This document shows, piece by piece, positions 1 to 12,149 of a stretch of DNA of 64,000 nucleotides. A program made the position numbers and the translations under genes. Source of the DNA: Chiloscyllium plagiosum (Eukaryota); contig NC_057752.1 of assembly GCF_004010195.1 (NCBI RefSeq), positions 1,536,704 through 1,600,703 on the forward strand, given 5' to 3'. The notes under the pieces were generated by a model, which ran no database searches, had not been told where the DNA came from, and was given only the letters and a program-made list of their open reading frames with translations. Numbering within the stretch: the first letter of the stretch is position 1; each line of letters opens with the position of its first letter.

Positions 1-247
1 CTCAGGGGCAACGTTTTCACACAGAGAGTGGTACGTGTATGGAATGAGCTGCCAGAGGAAGTGGTGGAGGCTGGTACAGTTGCAACATTTTAAGAGGCAT
101 TTGGATGGGTATATGAATAGTAAGGGTTTGGAGGGATACGGGCCGGGTGCTGACAGGTGGGACTAGATTGGGTTGGGATATCTGATCAGCATGGACAGGT
201 TGGACCGAAGGGTCTGTTTCAATGCTGTACATCTCTATGACTCTATG
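1..247 (+). mobile_element. CR1/HER1-type LINE 3' end
   Basis: ORF2 C-terminal motif (FTQRVVRVWNELPEEVVEAG) followed by the 3' UTR and a ctctatga tail repeat. Confidence 0.9.
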
Positions 248-740
248 GCTCAGTGGTTAGCACTGCTGCCTCACAGCGCCAGGGCCTCAGGCTGTCTGTG
301 TGGGGTTTGCACATAACCCCCCCACCCCCCACCCGTGTCTGCGTGGGTTTCCTCCCACAGTCCAAAGATGTGCAGGTGAGGGTGGATTGGGCACGCTAAA
401 CTGCCCAGAGGGTTGGGTGCATTCATCAGGGTAGGGGAATGGGGCTGGGTGGATTACTCCTCAGAGGATTGGTATGGACCTTGTGGGCCTGTTTCCACAC
501 TGTGGTCCAGAGTGTGGTGCTGGAAAAGCACAGCCAGTCAGGCAGCATTCGAGGAGCAGGAGAACCAATGTTTGGGCAAAAGCCCTTCATGTGATGAAGG
601 GCTTTTGACCGAAACGTCAACTCTCCTGCTCCTCGGATGCTGCCTGACCTGCTGTGCTTTTCCAGCACCACACTCTCGACTCTAATCTCCAGCATCTGCG
701 GTCCTCACTGTTTCCACACTGTAGGTAATCTAATCTAATA
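246..740 (+). mobile_element. HE1-type tRNA-derived V-SINE, interrupted by a PLE mini-element
   Basis: A-box ggctcagtggttagc, V-domain gtgtctgcgtgggtttcctcccacagtccaaagatgtgcagg, (aatct)n tail. Confidence 0.9.
504..707. mobile_element. Palindromic Penelope-derived mini-element (family 1) with degenerate hammerhead motif
   Basis: Inverted arms centred near 590; TSD ctgtttccacactgt at 489-503 and 708-722; core tgatga-agggcttttgacc-gaaac-gtc. Confidence 0.85.
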
Positions 741-921
741 TTTAACCCTGGTTGAGGAGGTGGTGTTGGGTGAGAGGAGAGATGGAGATGGAGCCCAGAG
801 AGAGGCAGAAAAGGAGCTGGCAGACAAAGGGATTGTAGATAGTAGGTCAGGAAAGAAAAATAACTTAGGTGGAAATGGGGACTGTGAGTGGGTGAAAATG
901 GGTTGGCTGTGCTAAAAGCAA

Positions 922-1204
922 AAGGTTTTGTGATTTACACATGAAAGAAGTGAAACTATCACTGTATTCTAACAGATGAAAGGCTTAACAGACAATCAAT
1001 TTTTCAATGTATAATTTCAGTTACATCACACTGCAAATTTTTGCTATAAATCCTGTGTTACAATTGAGCCCTCCACTATCACCTGATGAAGGAGCATCGC
1101 TCCGAAAGCTAGTGCGCTTCCAATTAAACCTGTTGGACTATAACCTGGTGTTGTGTGATTTTAAACTTTGTACACTCCAGTCCAACACTGGCATCTCCAA
1201 ATCA
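922..1204 (+). mobile_element. Penelope-derived mini-element (family 2) inserted in an older PLE relic
   Basis: TSD taaaagcaa at 913-921 and 1205-1213; homologous copies at 36355-36850 (-) and 41490-42220 (+). Confidence 0.8.
1080..1114 (+). ncRNA. Minimal type I hammerhead ribozyme motif
   Basis: cac-CTGATGA-a-GGAGC(atc)GCTCC-GAAA-GCTA-gtg: intact core, 5-bp stem II, stem I cac/gtg, self-complementary AGCT stem III. Confidence 0.8.
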
Positions 1205-1349
1205 TAAAAGCAACTCATGGCACTGACAGGGCCTGGGGCTATAGGGTAGGTAATAGACACGGAAGGGGTTAGTCAGTCTCAAATGGTTAAACTTGCTGTC
1301 AAGTCCTGAAGGCTGGAAGGTGCCCCAATAGTCCCTGTCATCACCAATC

Positions 1350-1700
1350 TAATTTGTCGTCTTCCTTGGCTTATGGTCAACAATCCCTTTGTGTGCTGAG
1401 CCCTTTTTTCTCTTTCTGTGGGCTCTGTCTCCACCTATCCGTTCACTCCCGCCCCTTCCACAGCCCCCATCATCAGCATCAATATGACCTTTTCACAGCT
1501 GCTTCTAGTTCTGGACTCGACTGGACCTGAAACAATGACTCTCCCCCCCCTGCCCTCCAGTCCCCATCATCAGCATTAATACGCCCTTTTCACAGCTGCT
1601 TCTAGTTCTGGACCTTTTCTCTCTCTGCTGAGCTTCTTCAGCAATTTCTGGTTTTGCTCCTTTCAGATTTCCAGCATCCCTCAGTTCTTTGTTTTATTCT
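1350..1700 (+). mobile_element. Degenerate PLE 3' end/pLTR with an internal ~50-bp duplication
   Basis: Tail ttcagatttccagcatc; ccccatcatcagcat...ttctagttctggac occurs at about 1464 and about 1562. Confidence 0.6.
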
Positions 1701-2844
1701 GCGTCAGCAGGACCTCTGCCCAAGCTGCTGTCTTTCTTAAACAAGCCAAAGTCAGGGAGTATTGCCAGGCTATTCGGCCATGGGGGTAGCACAGCCCAAA
1801 CCTCTCCCTCCCTCACATTCATGATTTACATGTATTATTTAACCCCTGCTGTTTTCTCCTCCACCTCCTTCCTTGGCCTTTAGACACTGAGACAAATCCA
1901 TGTCCGCATTTCCCCTTTCCCTGCTGTTGGTTAACCCCCCGGACCCACCCCCAGCCCTTTCAAATAATCGCACTCCCTTTGTTTTGGCATTTCTTTCAGC
2001 TGCTTTTGACCTTTGTTTTGTAATTGTATTCATGGGACGTAATTCTGCTGGTGCTGGTGCTGGTGCTGTGAGCCATGCTGAAGAAAGAGTGTGGAGTTTA
2101 AGTTCTCTCCAACTGCCTCCCCGTGTTTAATGCTCCCCCTTTTAAACATCTCGATGGATTCAGGAAGTTTCCATACAGATCAGCTGGATTGATTATCTTG
2201 TTCCCTGGATCCTTCCCAGTAGACATTCCCCTGGGCTGTTGTGAGAAGGAGCAGTCAGTCTTTAATTCGCTCTCTTTATAAGACACTGTTCGAAGGGCTA
2301 CTTCAAACATCTGTGCCCAGATAATGTGACTGTCCCGGGGGTGCTGTTGAGAGACACCTCACTCGACAGAGATTTAGTTAAGGAACAGATTGCAGGAACC
2401 ATACGGCAAGGTTTAGGGCTGCAAAGAGCACAGTTTATAGGCCAATGCATTCCATAACCAGTCAGTTTTTCAAGAATTCATTGTAACTCCTGATTGATGC
2501 TTCCAAAACTGATGTGCTTCCCCCTCCAAATTGTTCAAATAAGTCATTTGAAGATCCTTTATCAATACTGTATCAGTCTGAGGAGAAACTAGACTGGGGT
2601 GTTTGCAGTGGTGGCATCATAGGGTGGACTTCACTGTTTATTGCAAGACATTTGGGAGATGATGATGTCAAGCCAGGCTGTTTTCCTTTGCATGGAAGCA
2701 AAGATGTCATGTGACACTCAAAGTTGATTACTAGTGTATCCCTGTCCTGGTTGGCTGTGGAAGCCACTATCTGGATTTGAGCTCTGTTGGAGCACTGTTA
2801 AAACATCTTTAAAAAAATGTTGTTCAGGTATAAACTCTGTGTCA

Positions 2845-3110
2845 AAGTCAGTGTTTATTGCCCAATCCCTAGTTGCCCCTTGACAAGGTGGTGGTGAGCT
2901 GCCTTCTTGAACCACTGCAGTCCATGTGCTGTAGATCAATGTAATTAGGGAGGGTATTCCAGGATTTTGCCCCAGTGACATTGAAGGATATATTTCCGAG
3001 TCAGGATGGTGAGTGGCTTGGAGGGGAGCTTGCAGGAACGGTGTTCCCATGTATCTGCTGCCCTTGTCCTTCTAGATGGAAGTGATTGTGTGTTTGGAAG
3101 GTGTTGTGTC
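2845..3110 (-). mobile_element. LINE family B (CR1/L2 clade) 3' fragment
   Basis: Minus-strand peptide like QHLPN..LPSRRTRAADTWEH; tail gggcaactagggattgggcaataaa. Confidence 0.8.
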
Positions 3111-3267
3111 AGGAGAGTTGCTGAACTGCTGGATATGACACACCACAACAGGATTACATACAGTCTACAGTTCCGATGAAAGGAACCAATGTTTCTTTGA
3201 GCAGTCATACTCCTGAATATTAGCAGTCAAATTTCAAGCTCAGCCCATCTTTCAACCTTCCAACAGC

Positions 3268-3561
3268 CCTGTGGCTCAGTGGTTAGCACTGTTGTCTCAC
3301 AGCACCAGCGTTCCAGGTTCGATTCCAGCCTCGGTTGACTGTCTGTGTGGAGTTTGCACATTCTCCCCGTGTCATTGTGGGTTTGCTCTGGTTTCCTCCC
3401 ACAGTCCAAAGATGGGCAGGTCAGGTGAATTGGCCATGCTAAAATTGCCCATAGTGGTAGGTGCATTAATCAGAGGGAAACAGGTGACTCTTTTGAGGGT
3501 CGGTGTGGACTGGTTGGGCCGAAGGGCCTGCTTCCACACTGTAGGGAATCTAATCTAATCA
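3268..3561 (+). mobile_element. HE1-type V-SINE
   Basis: A/B boxes (gtggctcagtggttagc; ggttcgattcc), V-domain, aatct tail. Confidence 0.92.
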
Positions 3562-3699
3562 AATGAAAGGAGCTCACAGACATCTTTGTCATTAAGTTTT
3601 AAATCATTATTCGGATCCCCTTTCCTCTTGCCTTCACCTTATACCTGTGCCTTTCTTCTTCATATCCTCTCCAAGTGCATCCTGTTTGCGGAAGAATAA

Positions 3700-3935
3700 A
3701 TATTGTCCCAGGACATTAGGGTAATCTTGCTGCTCATCTCCAAATGGGGTCATGGGACTGTTTGATGTCGACCTGAACCAGTAGGCAAGGCCTCAGTTTA
3801 AAAGCAACACATTTGCCAGTACAACACACTCCCAGAAGTGCACTGGAGTGCTCGCTCAGATTATGTATTGCTGCCTTGATCTTGAACCCACATTCTTCTG
3901 ATGAGCAAGTGGTCCCCTGGTCTAAGCTGACAACT
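3700..3935 (-). mobile_element. Old Deu-domain (SacSINE1-like) SINE relic
   Basis: gcactggagtg...agattatgt...cttgaacccac and ggcctcagtttaa match the reverse complement of the head/Deu region seen at 19310 and 48320. Confidence 0.6.
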
Positions 3936-5344
3936 TTACCTTAGCTTTTGTGAGTGAGTGCGTACATATACATGTACAGAAAGGCACTCACTGGACTTGG
4001 AAAAGGACTACCTCAATTATCTGAGCCTACAATCAGCAATTTCTGCTCGCTAAGCAATAAAAAAGCTCTCAAGATCAAGTCACTGCGCAATCCGTGGATG
4101 GCCTGGCAGTCTTACCAGTTCATTAAGAGTATGAAGACTCAAGACTGCTCTGGAAAGGAAAACAAGACAGACATGTCCTGACCAAAAGCAAATATGTGTG
4201 CAAATTTACGTGTACGGTGGCACTTCATTGTCTAGCAACAGAAATCTGCCTTGAAACTGGGAAATGACTTCTGAACTATTGACCCAGTGAATACAGTAAG
4301 AGCAGAAAGGTAATTAATTTAACATCTAAAATAAAAAAAAATTACATCTGTCTTGAAAGCTGCTGAGCTGGTCATTTAGTTGTGTGTCGGAGCATGCCTG
4401 CCAATAGAAATTTCCCATTTCAGATGATTAGAATGTGCTCTGAATTCTTAAAGACACAGCGCAACTTACAGGTCCCTGGAGTGTGTGATTTTCATTAAGT
4501 GAATGAATGTCTTCGATGCCAAATTAATTTCTCTCAGACCCAGGCAACTTGCTCTTTCTGTATGTGGAGCTGAAACCCTACACATTATTTCTGAAGGTGC
4601 ACTTGATCATACATTGAAATTGCAAGTTTTGAATGAAATACAGATAGGTGAACTTCTCCATTTCTATAAGGCAGTTAATGAGTTGCGCCACCTTCATCCA
4701 ATTGAGTTTTTAGTGGATGTGATTCCGCAAGGCACTGCTGTACACCTCAGGAATCATTTTTATTAAATGTAGCTCATTTTCTTCATCCAAGTTATGAATA
4801 TATATTGTAAATACCTAAGGCCCCTGAACTGATCCTGGTGGCATGCCACGGGTCACAGCCTGCCAACTTGAAAATGCCTAATTTATTCTTGTTCTCTGCT
4901 TCCTGTCCATTCTACGTCCGTGCCAATATGCAACTCCATGAGCCTTTGTCTTGCCTATTAACCTTATCGGATTTAGGGAGAAAAATCCAGAGCTTAGAAT
5001 GTAGGCAGCTGAAGGTATAGATAGACAAGGCGAAGGGAATTTTGAGTTCAGCTGCAAAGCATCATGTGGCTTGTCAACTTACTGCTTTAGTTCACACAGG
5101 GTAGGGGCACTACTGTTGTATACAGGCATTGGGGGGAGAAGAAACAGCTGAGGTTCTCCTGGAGAGAGCATGTGTGTGGAAAACAGGCAGGCATGAGTTG
5201 AGGCTTGCTTGTGGCATCCTTCATCACCTTTGGGAAAGGAGACCAGGGAACCACAAGGCTGAAGGGCTTAGAGACATATACAAGCATGGTCACCTGCTTG
5301 ATGTCAGTGCAGAAAGCAAATCAGCCTGACAGCAATGCACAAGC

Positions 5345-5480
5345 TAAAAACGGAAAGAACTGCAGATGCTGTAAATCAGAAACTAAGACAGAAGTTGCTG
5401 GAAAAGTGCAGCAGGTCTGACAGCAGCTGTGAAGAGAAATCAGGGTTAATGTTTCAGGTCTGGTGACCCTTCCTCTGTTC
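5345..5480 (-). mobile_element. PLE-derived mini-element
   Basis: tgcagatgctgtaaatcaga...gttaatgtttcaggtctggtgacccttc: family tail plus decayed hammerhead. Confidence 0.65.
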
Positions 5481-5605
5481 TACTTAATTACCGAAGGGGA
5501 AAGCCAGTCCTGAACTTTAAGGGTCAATAATCTTTCATGATTTCTTTTACAACAGTACAATGGAGAGTTCTTGATCCATTACACTGTGTTATGAAGTACT
5601 GGGAG

Positions 5606-6183
5606 ATTAGAGAATCCCTACGGTGCAGGTGGAGGCCTTCAGCCCATTGAGTCTGTATCAACCCTCTGACCAGCATTCCACCCAGACCCACTACTCAACT
5701 CTATCCCTGTAGCTAACCCACCTAGACTGCACATCCTTAGACACAACAGAGCAATTTCCCACGTCCACTCCACCCTAACCTGCACATCTTTGAACCGTCA
5801 CCCAGACCCACTACTCAACTCTATCCCTGTAGCTAACCCACCTAGCCTGCACATCCTTAGACACGACAGAGCAATTTCCCACGTCCACTCCACCCTAACC
5901 TGCACATCTTTGAACCGTCACCCAGGCCCACTACTCAACTCTATCCCTGTAGCTAACCCACCTAACCTGCACATCCTTAGACACGACAGAGCAATTTCCC
6001 ACGTCCACTCCACCCTAACCTGCACATCTTTGAACTGTGGGAGAGAACCGGAGCACCCGAAGGAAACCCACGCAGACACGGGGAGAACGTGTAAGCTCTG
6101 CACAGACAGTCACCTGAGGCTGGAATCAAATCTGGGTCCCTGGTGCTGTGAGGTAGCAATGCTACCCACTGGGCCACCGTGCC
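5606..6183 (-). mobile_element. HE1-type V-SINE with an internal 120-bp triplication
   Basis: V-domain and head at 6030-6183; 120-bp unit repeated 3 times at about 5679-6035. Confidence 0.88.
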
Positions 6184-7265
6184 TTCCTATCTGAGCTGGT
6201 CACTGAGCTTTCCCTGAGTATTGTTTATAACCAAGAAGCTGTTTGAAGAGATCTCAGTTGATACATTGGAAATGATAAAGAGCCCAGTTCTTTTGTGGGG
6301 TTGGGGAGTGAACCAGCTAGGAAAAGCCTTGACCTTACCACTTACATAACAGATTGACAAAATTATCATTCAGAATTACTCTGGTCCTCTTAGTTAGGGC
6401 TGGTTTTCTCCTTTCTGCCCAGATATGTTTTTTGTACTATTTTTCCACTCACTTCCATTCACCATTTGGTGTAAATTCATACCTGCTCACAGTTCATACA
6501 GCCGTGGGACAAAAATACGATCATGCCATTATATCATTATACCTACTGTACACTAACTTACTGAACTGTTTACAAATGTGACATGGGCACACCGAAAAGT
6601 GTTTCAAAACACTCAGAACATCCTCAAGTTTAATCTCTCAACAGTGGCTGAACATAATGGGCAGTGACAGGTGTTTTCGCTTGGCTGGGGAATCGAGGGC
6701 GTGGGCAGGGGGCTGCACCTTCTCAGCAGAAGGGGGCCAACCATTTTGGATTGAGCTGGGAGAAATCTCTTCACAACCCCAGAGGGTTATGGATGCTCTA
6801 CCATTGAACATATTGGGATTACACAGATCTTTGGATTCTCAGGGAATCAAGGGATCCAAGGAGCAGGCCTGAGCAGAAGCTGAGGATCTGCCAGGATTGT
6901 GTTGAATGATGGAGCAGGTTTGAGGGTCCATGTGATTTACTCCTACTCCTTGCCATCTTATATCTCTCTGACCTCATGTTCCTCCTTTAAAATGCTGCTT
7001 AAAAGTGACTTCTGACCAGGCTTTTGATCACCTTTCCTAGTGTCTCTTTATGTAGCCCAGTGTCAAATTGTACACATCTATGAAACAGGTTGGGACATTT
7101 TGGTTATGTGTGGTTGTAGGTCATTTGACCCATTGAGTCCATACTGACCCTCAAAAGAGCATCCCATCCAGACCCACCCTATCCCTGTAACCTTACATTT
7201 ACCATGGCTAATCCACCCAGTATGACAGTATGGGCAACTTAGAATGGCCAATCAACCTAACCTGC

Positions 7266-7640
7266 TCCTCTCACCTTAAATATATGCCCTCTAGTTTTGG
7301 ACTCCCCTACCCTGGGGGAAAAAACTTTGACCAATCACCCTATCCCTGTCCCTCAAGATTTTATAAAGCACAATAAGATCACCCCTCGGCCTCCAACGCT
7401 CCAGGGAAAATCGCCCCAATCTATTCAGCCTTTCCCTATAGCTCAAATCTCCAACCCTGGCAACATCCTGTCAATCTTTTCTGAACCGTTTCAAGTTTCA
7501 CAACGTCTTTCCTATAGCAGGCAGACCAGAGCTGTACGCAGTATTCCAATAGTGGCCTAAGTAATCTCCTGTACAGCCGCAACATGACATCCCAACTCCT
7601 GTACTCAATGTCACTGACCAATAAAGGCAAGCATACCAAG
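7266..7640 (-). mobile_element. CR1/HER1 LINE ORF2 fragment
   Basis: EYRSWDVMLRLYRRLLRPLLEYCVQLWS motif. Confidence 0.9.
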
Positions 7641-7995
7641 CACTTTAATGATCTCCGATGTCCAGAGATACTTGAAATTGTTGATACTATTCAAGTATGG
7701 TAAATTATGTTTGTCAGAATCTCTTATTGAATTTTAATGAAAATTTAATTTAAGAAAATACTTTTATATAAGGCTTTATGTCAAAGTCCCAAAGTTTTCA
7801 TGTGATTTTTTAATTTTAAAATGCAATTACTATGTTGCCAAATAGTAAAACGTGGCATAATAGTAACAAGATGATTCCCAAGTAATGCGATTGAAGTGAG
7901 AGAGATGTGTCTTTTTGAAGGCATGTACTTCCCTTGTTGTCTTCTGCAACAGGCCTGACGACATTGGGATTTGGTCCAAATGACTAAGACTGATC

Positions 7996-8219
7996 CAAGG
8001 TAGACAGGCAGGAGGCCGGAAGAACACAGCAAGCCAGGCAGCGTCAGGAGGTGGAGAAGTCAATGTTTCAGGTTTAGCCCTTCTTCAGATCCTGAAGAAT
8101 GATTACACCTGAAACATTGACTTCTCCACCTCCTGACACTGCCTGGCTTGCTGTGTTCTTCCGGCCTCCTGCCTGTCTACCTTGGATTCCAGCATCTGCA
8201 GTTTTCTTGTCCCTAAGTG
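7996..8219. mobile_element. Palindromic PLE mini-element with decayed hammerhead motifs
   Basis: Inverted arms centred near 8090 (cttcttcag atc ctgaagaa); TSD agactgatcc at about 7986-7995 and 8220-8229. Confidence 0.8.
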
Positions 8220-9222
8220 AGACTGATCCCAAACCGATTAACCACCTGGAGCTGTATTTAGTTTGTGGAGAGTGATGCATTAAAGTAGATGCAGTGAAAT
8301 TCCGAGGCTAAAATGCTTGGGGCTTGACAGGTTTGCTGCACCATCTTCTGAGCTTTGAGACTGCAGCTAGACAGCCTGCTGCTTGGCCATTATCAGTGCC
8401 ACTGCTGCTCGTCTCTTAGCAAGCGAGAGCGGTGAAGCCAAAATCTCCCTTCTTTCTCCGCCTCTTGGAGAGGTGCCTGCCATTTCATGTGGAGTTTCCC
8501 TCCAACACTGCAGCTGACATTAGGTGAGTGTAGGAGAAAACGGGAAGCAGAATCTGCCATTTACATCTGAGTAACCTCTGTATCACCTATCAATTGACGA
8601 AGTGATGACTATTTTTCCGTGCATTGCTCGTTTATCGGTCCCTCTCTCTTTCATAAAATCCACTGAGACCCACATTTTTAAGTGAGTGTATGTAAAGAAT
8701 GTAAACAGAGCTCTGTAAGTCTGATTAATGTGAATTTTTCTGCTTCATTGTGATTGGATGTATTAAGTGTCATGTCTGTTGACATATTTGTATCTCTTTC
8801 AATGTTATCCCGTTTCACAACCATTCATGTTGCCAGTCTTTTCTTCCTCTTAAGTAGTACTGCTTGGAAATCCGTTTGCATTGAACTTTCATCTGCCATT
8901 ATTCTTCCTACTCGTGAGTCTGGTCACACTTAATTTCGAAGCTGTTCTTGACATAGTATTCCCAGTTTGGCATCGGCTGTGAATTTGAGCTATTTATAAC
9001 TCGCCCCCTTCCCATTTCTGCAACATCCTTCAGCCCTCTGAGAACTCCGTGCTCCTCCAATTTAGGACTCTTGCGCATTCTGTACTCCCCTTGTTCCACT
9101 GTTGGCAGCCACCTCATCACTAAGGGCAGTATCCTGTGGGTGTGGAGCGAGAAAGGAACTCAATTCGATGGGCTGGGTGGCTCTGTCAAAACTTGCAGTT
9201 TCCCACCTTTTCCCAAATGAAG

Positions 9223-9537
9223 GAGCGAATTACCGCAGATGCTGGAATCTGTACCGGAAACTGCCAAAAATGCTGGAGATCACAGTGGGTCAGGTTTCAT
9301 CCATTCCTGAAGAAGGGCTCATGTCCGAAACGTCAATTCTCCTGCTCCTTGGATGCTGCCTGACCTGCTGTGCTTTTCCAGCAACACATTTTCAGCTCCA
9401 TGGAGAGAGAGCAAGTTAACGTTTCAAGTCTAGATGACTTTTCATCAGCTCTGAGTCATCTCGACTCGAAACGTTAGCTTGCTCTCTCTCCATGGATGCT
9501 GCCTGACCCACTGTGATCTCCAGCATTTTTTTGTTTA
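9223..9537. mobile_element. Family-3 palindromic PLE mini-element with a nested family-1 element (about 9303-9397)
   Basis: Outer arms centred near 9448 (gttaacgtttcaagtctagatgact...gactcgaaacgttagc); inner ctgaaga-agggctcatgtcc-gaaac-gtc at 9307-9334; imperfect outer TSD ccca(a/g)tgaag. Confidence 0.75.
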
Positions 9538-10429
9538 CCCAAGTGAAGTTGTGGACAAGTAGACCAAAGGTTCACTCTCTCACCCAGTTGCCAATTGATG
9601 CCCTTAAATAGTCAATTGATAATCACTTAAAAGTCTGTTTCTACATGGACTGCAATTATTTCAACTCCAGCCAAAATGGAAAAGAATCGACCATCCCAGT
9701 AGTTGTGGGTAGTCTATCAGATTGTGCCCCCCCACCCCCATGCCCCATGATCTGCACGTGGGTGAGGGGCTGGACATAGTACACAGTTTAGCCTCTGACT
9801 GGGCAATCAATTCTGGTAGAAAGCCTGCCAACAACCAATCAGTTGCCTGATTGCTGTAGGATCTGGTATTTCCCCATCTTTGTAGGCCATTGGTTCTCTC
9901 CTGCATTCAGACGAAGGGTGGTATCTTCCTTTTCTTTGTGAAGTTTTGCCATTCCTTCCCAAAACCACCTTCCTCATTTCAGATGCTGCTTCAAACCTTT
10001 AGACAAAGCTTGTGTCACCAATCCTGAAATCTCCCTATATGGCTGAAAGTCATTTTTCATTTTGCTACATTCCTATGAAACACCTTGGGACTACTTATAT
10101 TTATAAAGTAGTATTCATAATCACAAGGAGATCAGTGTGGTAACTGTGTCAACGCATGGTTCCTGTACTTCATAATTGGTCAGGAATAAGGGACAGACAC
10201 TTGCTGCTATGCGAGCAATGTGGTTTACACAGCAGTGCCCAGCGAAGACTTGGGTTCCTATAAAAGTAAACCTAATTACACCATTCATTCCTTTCCTACC
10301 AATAATCAGGTCTACAAGATGCTCCATGATGTAGGTGACCTCAGCATGACCCATATAGCATGCAGTATGTGTGTTGGCATCATAGACATGGTTCCCACCA
10401 ATTGCCAGACCTGTTGGATTACCGGGAGG

Positions 10430-10880
10430 CAATGGCCTGGTGGTATTATCACTAGCTGAAAATGTGTTGCTGGAAAAGCGCAGCAGGTCAGGCAGCATCC
10501 AAGGAGCAGGAGAATCGATGTTTCGGGCATGAGCCCTTCTTCAGGAAGGATAATACTCATCCTTCTTCAGGATGAGTATTATCAGTAGCCTATTCATCCA
10601 CAGACCCAGCAACAATATAGGAACCCCAGTTCAGATCCATCTATGGTAGACGGTGCAATTTAGATTCAACTAAAAACCTGGACTTCAGATTCTAAGAGTA
10701 ACCAATGTTAGGAACAAGCCCATCTGGCTCACGAATCTCTTCAGGGAAGGAAATCTGCTGCTCTTACCTGGTCTGGTCTCCATATGACTCTAGACCCACA
10801 GCAATGTGGTTGACTCTTAACTGCCATTGGTGGCTTAGCCAGCAATACCCACATCCCATGAATGAATAATGAAAAAAATG
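10430..10880 (+). mobile_element. tRNA-like SINE sharing its 3' tail with LINE family B; interrupted by a PLE mini-element (10457-10575)
   Basis: Body ggaaggaaatctgc...gactctagacccacagcaatgtggttgactcttaactgcc; tail cccacatcccatgaatgaataa. Confidence 0.7.
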
Positions 10881-10974
10881 GTTGGAGGCTTTTTTTCTGT
10901 CAACCTGGGGAGGAACTTCACTGTTATCAATCATCTCCCAAAATTAAATCAGAGAGTTTGTGGAAATCGATTAA

Positions 10975-11215
10975 AATAGATGTTGCAGGAACCCAAGCAA
11001 TGTGCTGGAGACATTGAGCAGGTTAGACAGCAGCTGAGGAGAGAGAGTCCATGCAGAGTCAATGATTCTTCATGAAAACAGCCCTGATGATGACTCATTA
11101 ACTTGAACTATGGACTTTGTTCTTCTTTCTCCATAGATGCTGCCTGACCTGTTCAGGATTTCTAGTATTTCCTGTTTTTATTCCAGATATCAGGAGCCTG
11201 CGGTACTTTGGATTT
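10975..11215. mobile_element. Degenerate palindromic PLE mini-element
   Basis: Arms tgctggagacattgagcagg / gatgctgcctgacctgttcagg; central ctgatgatgactcattaacttgaa. Confidence 0.6.
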
Positions 11216-11466
11216 CCCTGACATAGCAGGGCTACCTGATATCTTCATGCTCCCCTGAGCCTTTCCAAGCCTTCCCCTCAAGGGAGCCAACTAGCTGACA
11301 CTACATTGTGCATGTGGTGGTGACAGTTACTTTCTGCTTCCATGTTTGCTTGCTCATTTGTTTGCTCTTGTTCAAAGGCCCCCTCTCGACTAAGACAGCC
11401 CGGGCAGGCACCCACTCTCAAGTTGGATCACTCTACAGGTGCCCAGTGATCCAAGATCCCTATTTT

Positions 11467-11652
11467 GAAAGCTAGAAGATGAGTTCCCTGATTGGGGTTG
11501 TTAATCTGACTGACAGGTATAAACAGGAGGGTCAGAGGTTCTGTTTACACTGAGAGCTGGCTCTGAGGGAGCTGGATCAATGTCAAGGACTCTCCATCTG
11601 GAAATAAAAGAGGACTTGGTGATGGGATATCAGCCTCTGTGGAGTTGTTCCA
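11467..11652 (+). mobile_element. Probable short solo LTR
   Basis: TG...CA termini with internal tataaa followed by aataaa; no TSD seen. Confidence 0.45.
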
Positions 11653-12149
11653 AAACCTACTGCACTAGGACACCCTGATGACTGGCTGTGTCCAAACTGC
11701 ATTGGGTCATACAGGGAAAATCGTACTGAGTTAGGAGATTTCTTGCAGACTGGCTAGGTTCCAATCTAAATGACTTACAAACTTCATGATGTTAAATGAT
11801 TCCTTTATTGAAACCATGATAAATTTAAAATGTTGAGTTAAGTGTGTCTGTGTGTGGAGCACAGTTATCCCTTTCAATGATTTCATAGCAGTTCCTGAAA
11901 GCAGACTTTGTCCATGAAGGTGTTTTGGATCTGCACTTATGTATGTGACCTGGGGTGTAAGCTGTATACTGAAAGTTACGTTAAAATGTCCTAAATTAAT
12001 CATGAGTGTTTGCATAACTCAGTTATTCCTTTCAGTGGTTTCACAGCAGATGTTACATGAGCACAAGAGCAGCGGTATACTAAAAACTATCTAAAAATGT
12101 AAAAGTGGTGATTTCAAAGATACTAGACTAGTACTGCACATGTATTTTT

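Noticed and set aside
8420..8523. Possible 104-nt exon (ttag acceptor, AG/gtgagt donor, one open frame)
   Set aside because: Peptide not recognisable, weak acceptor and no partner exons found; RNA-seq junction reads would be needed.
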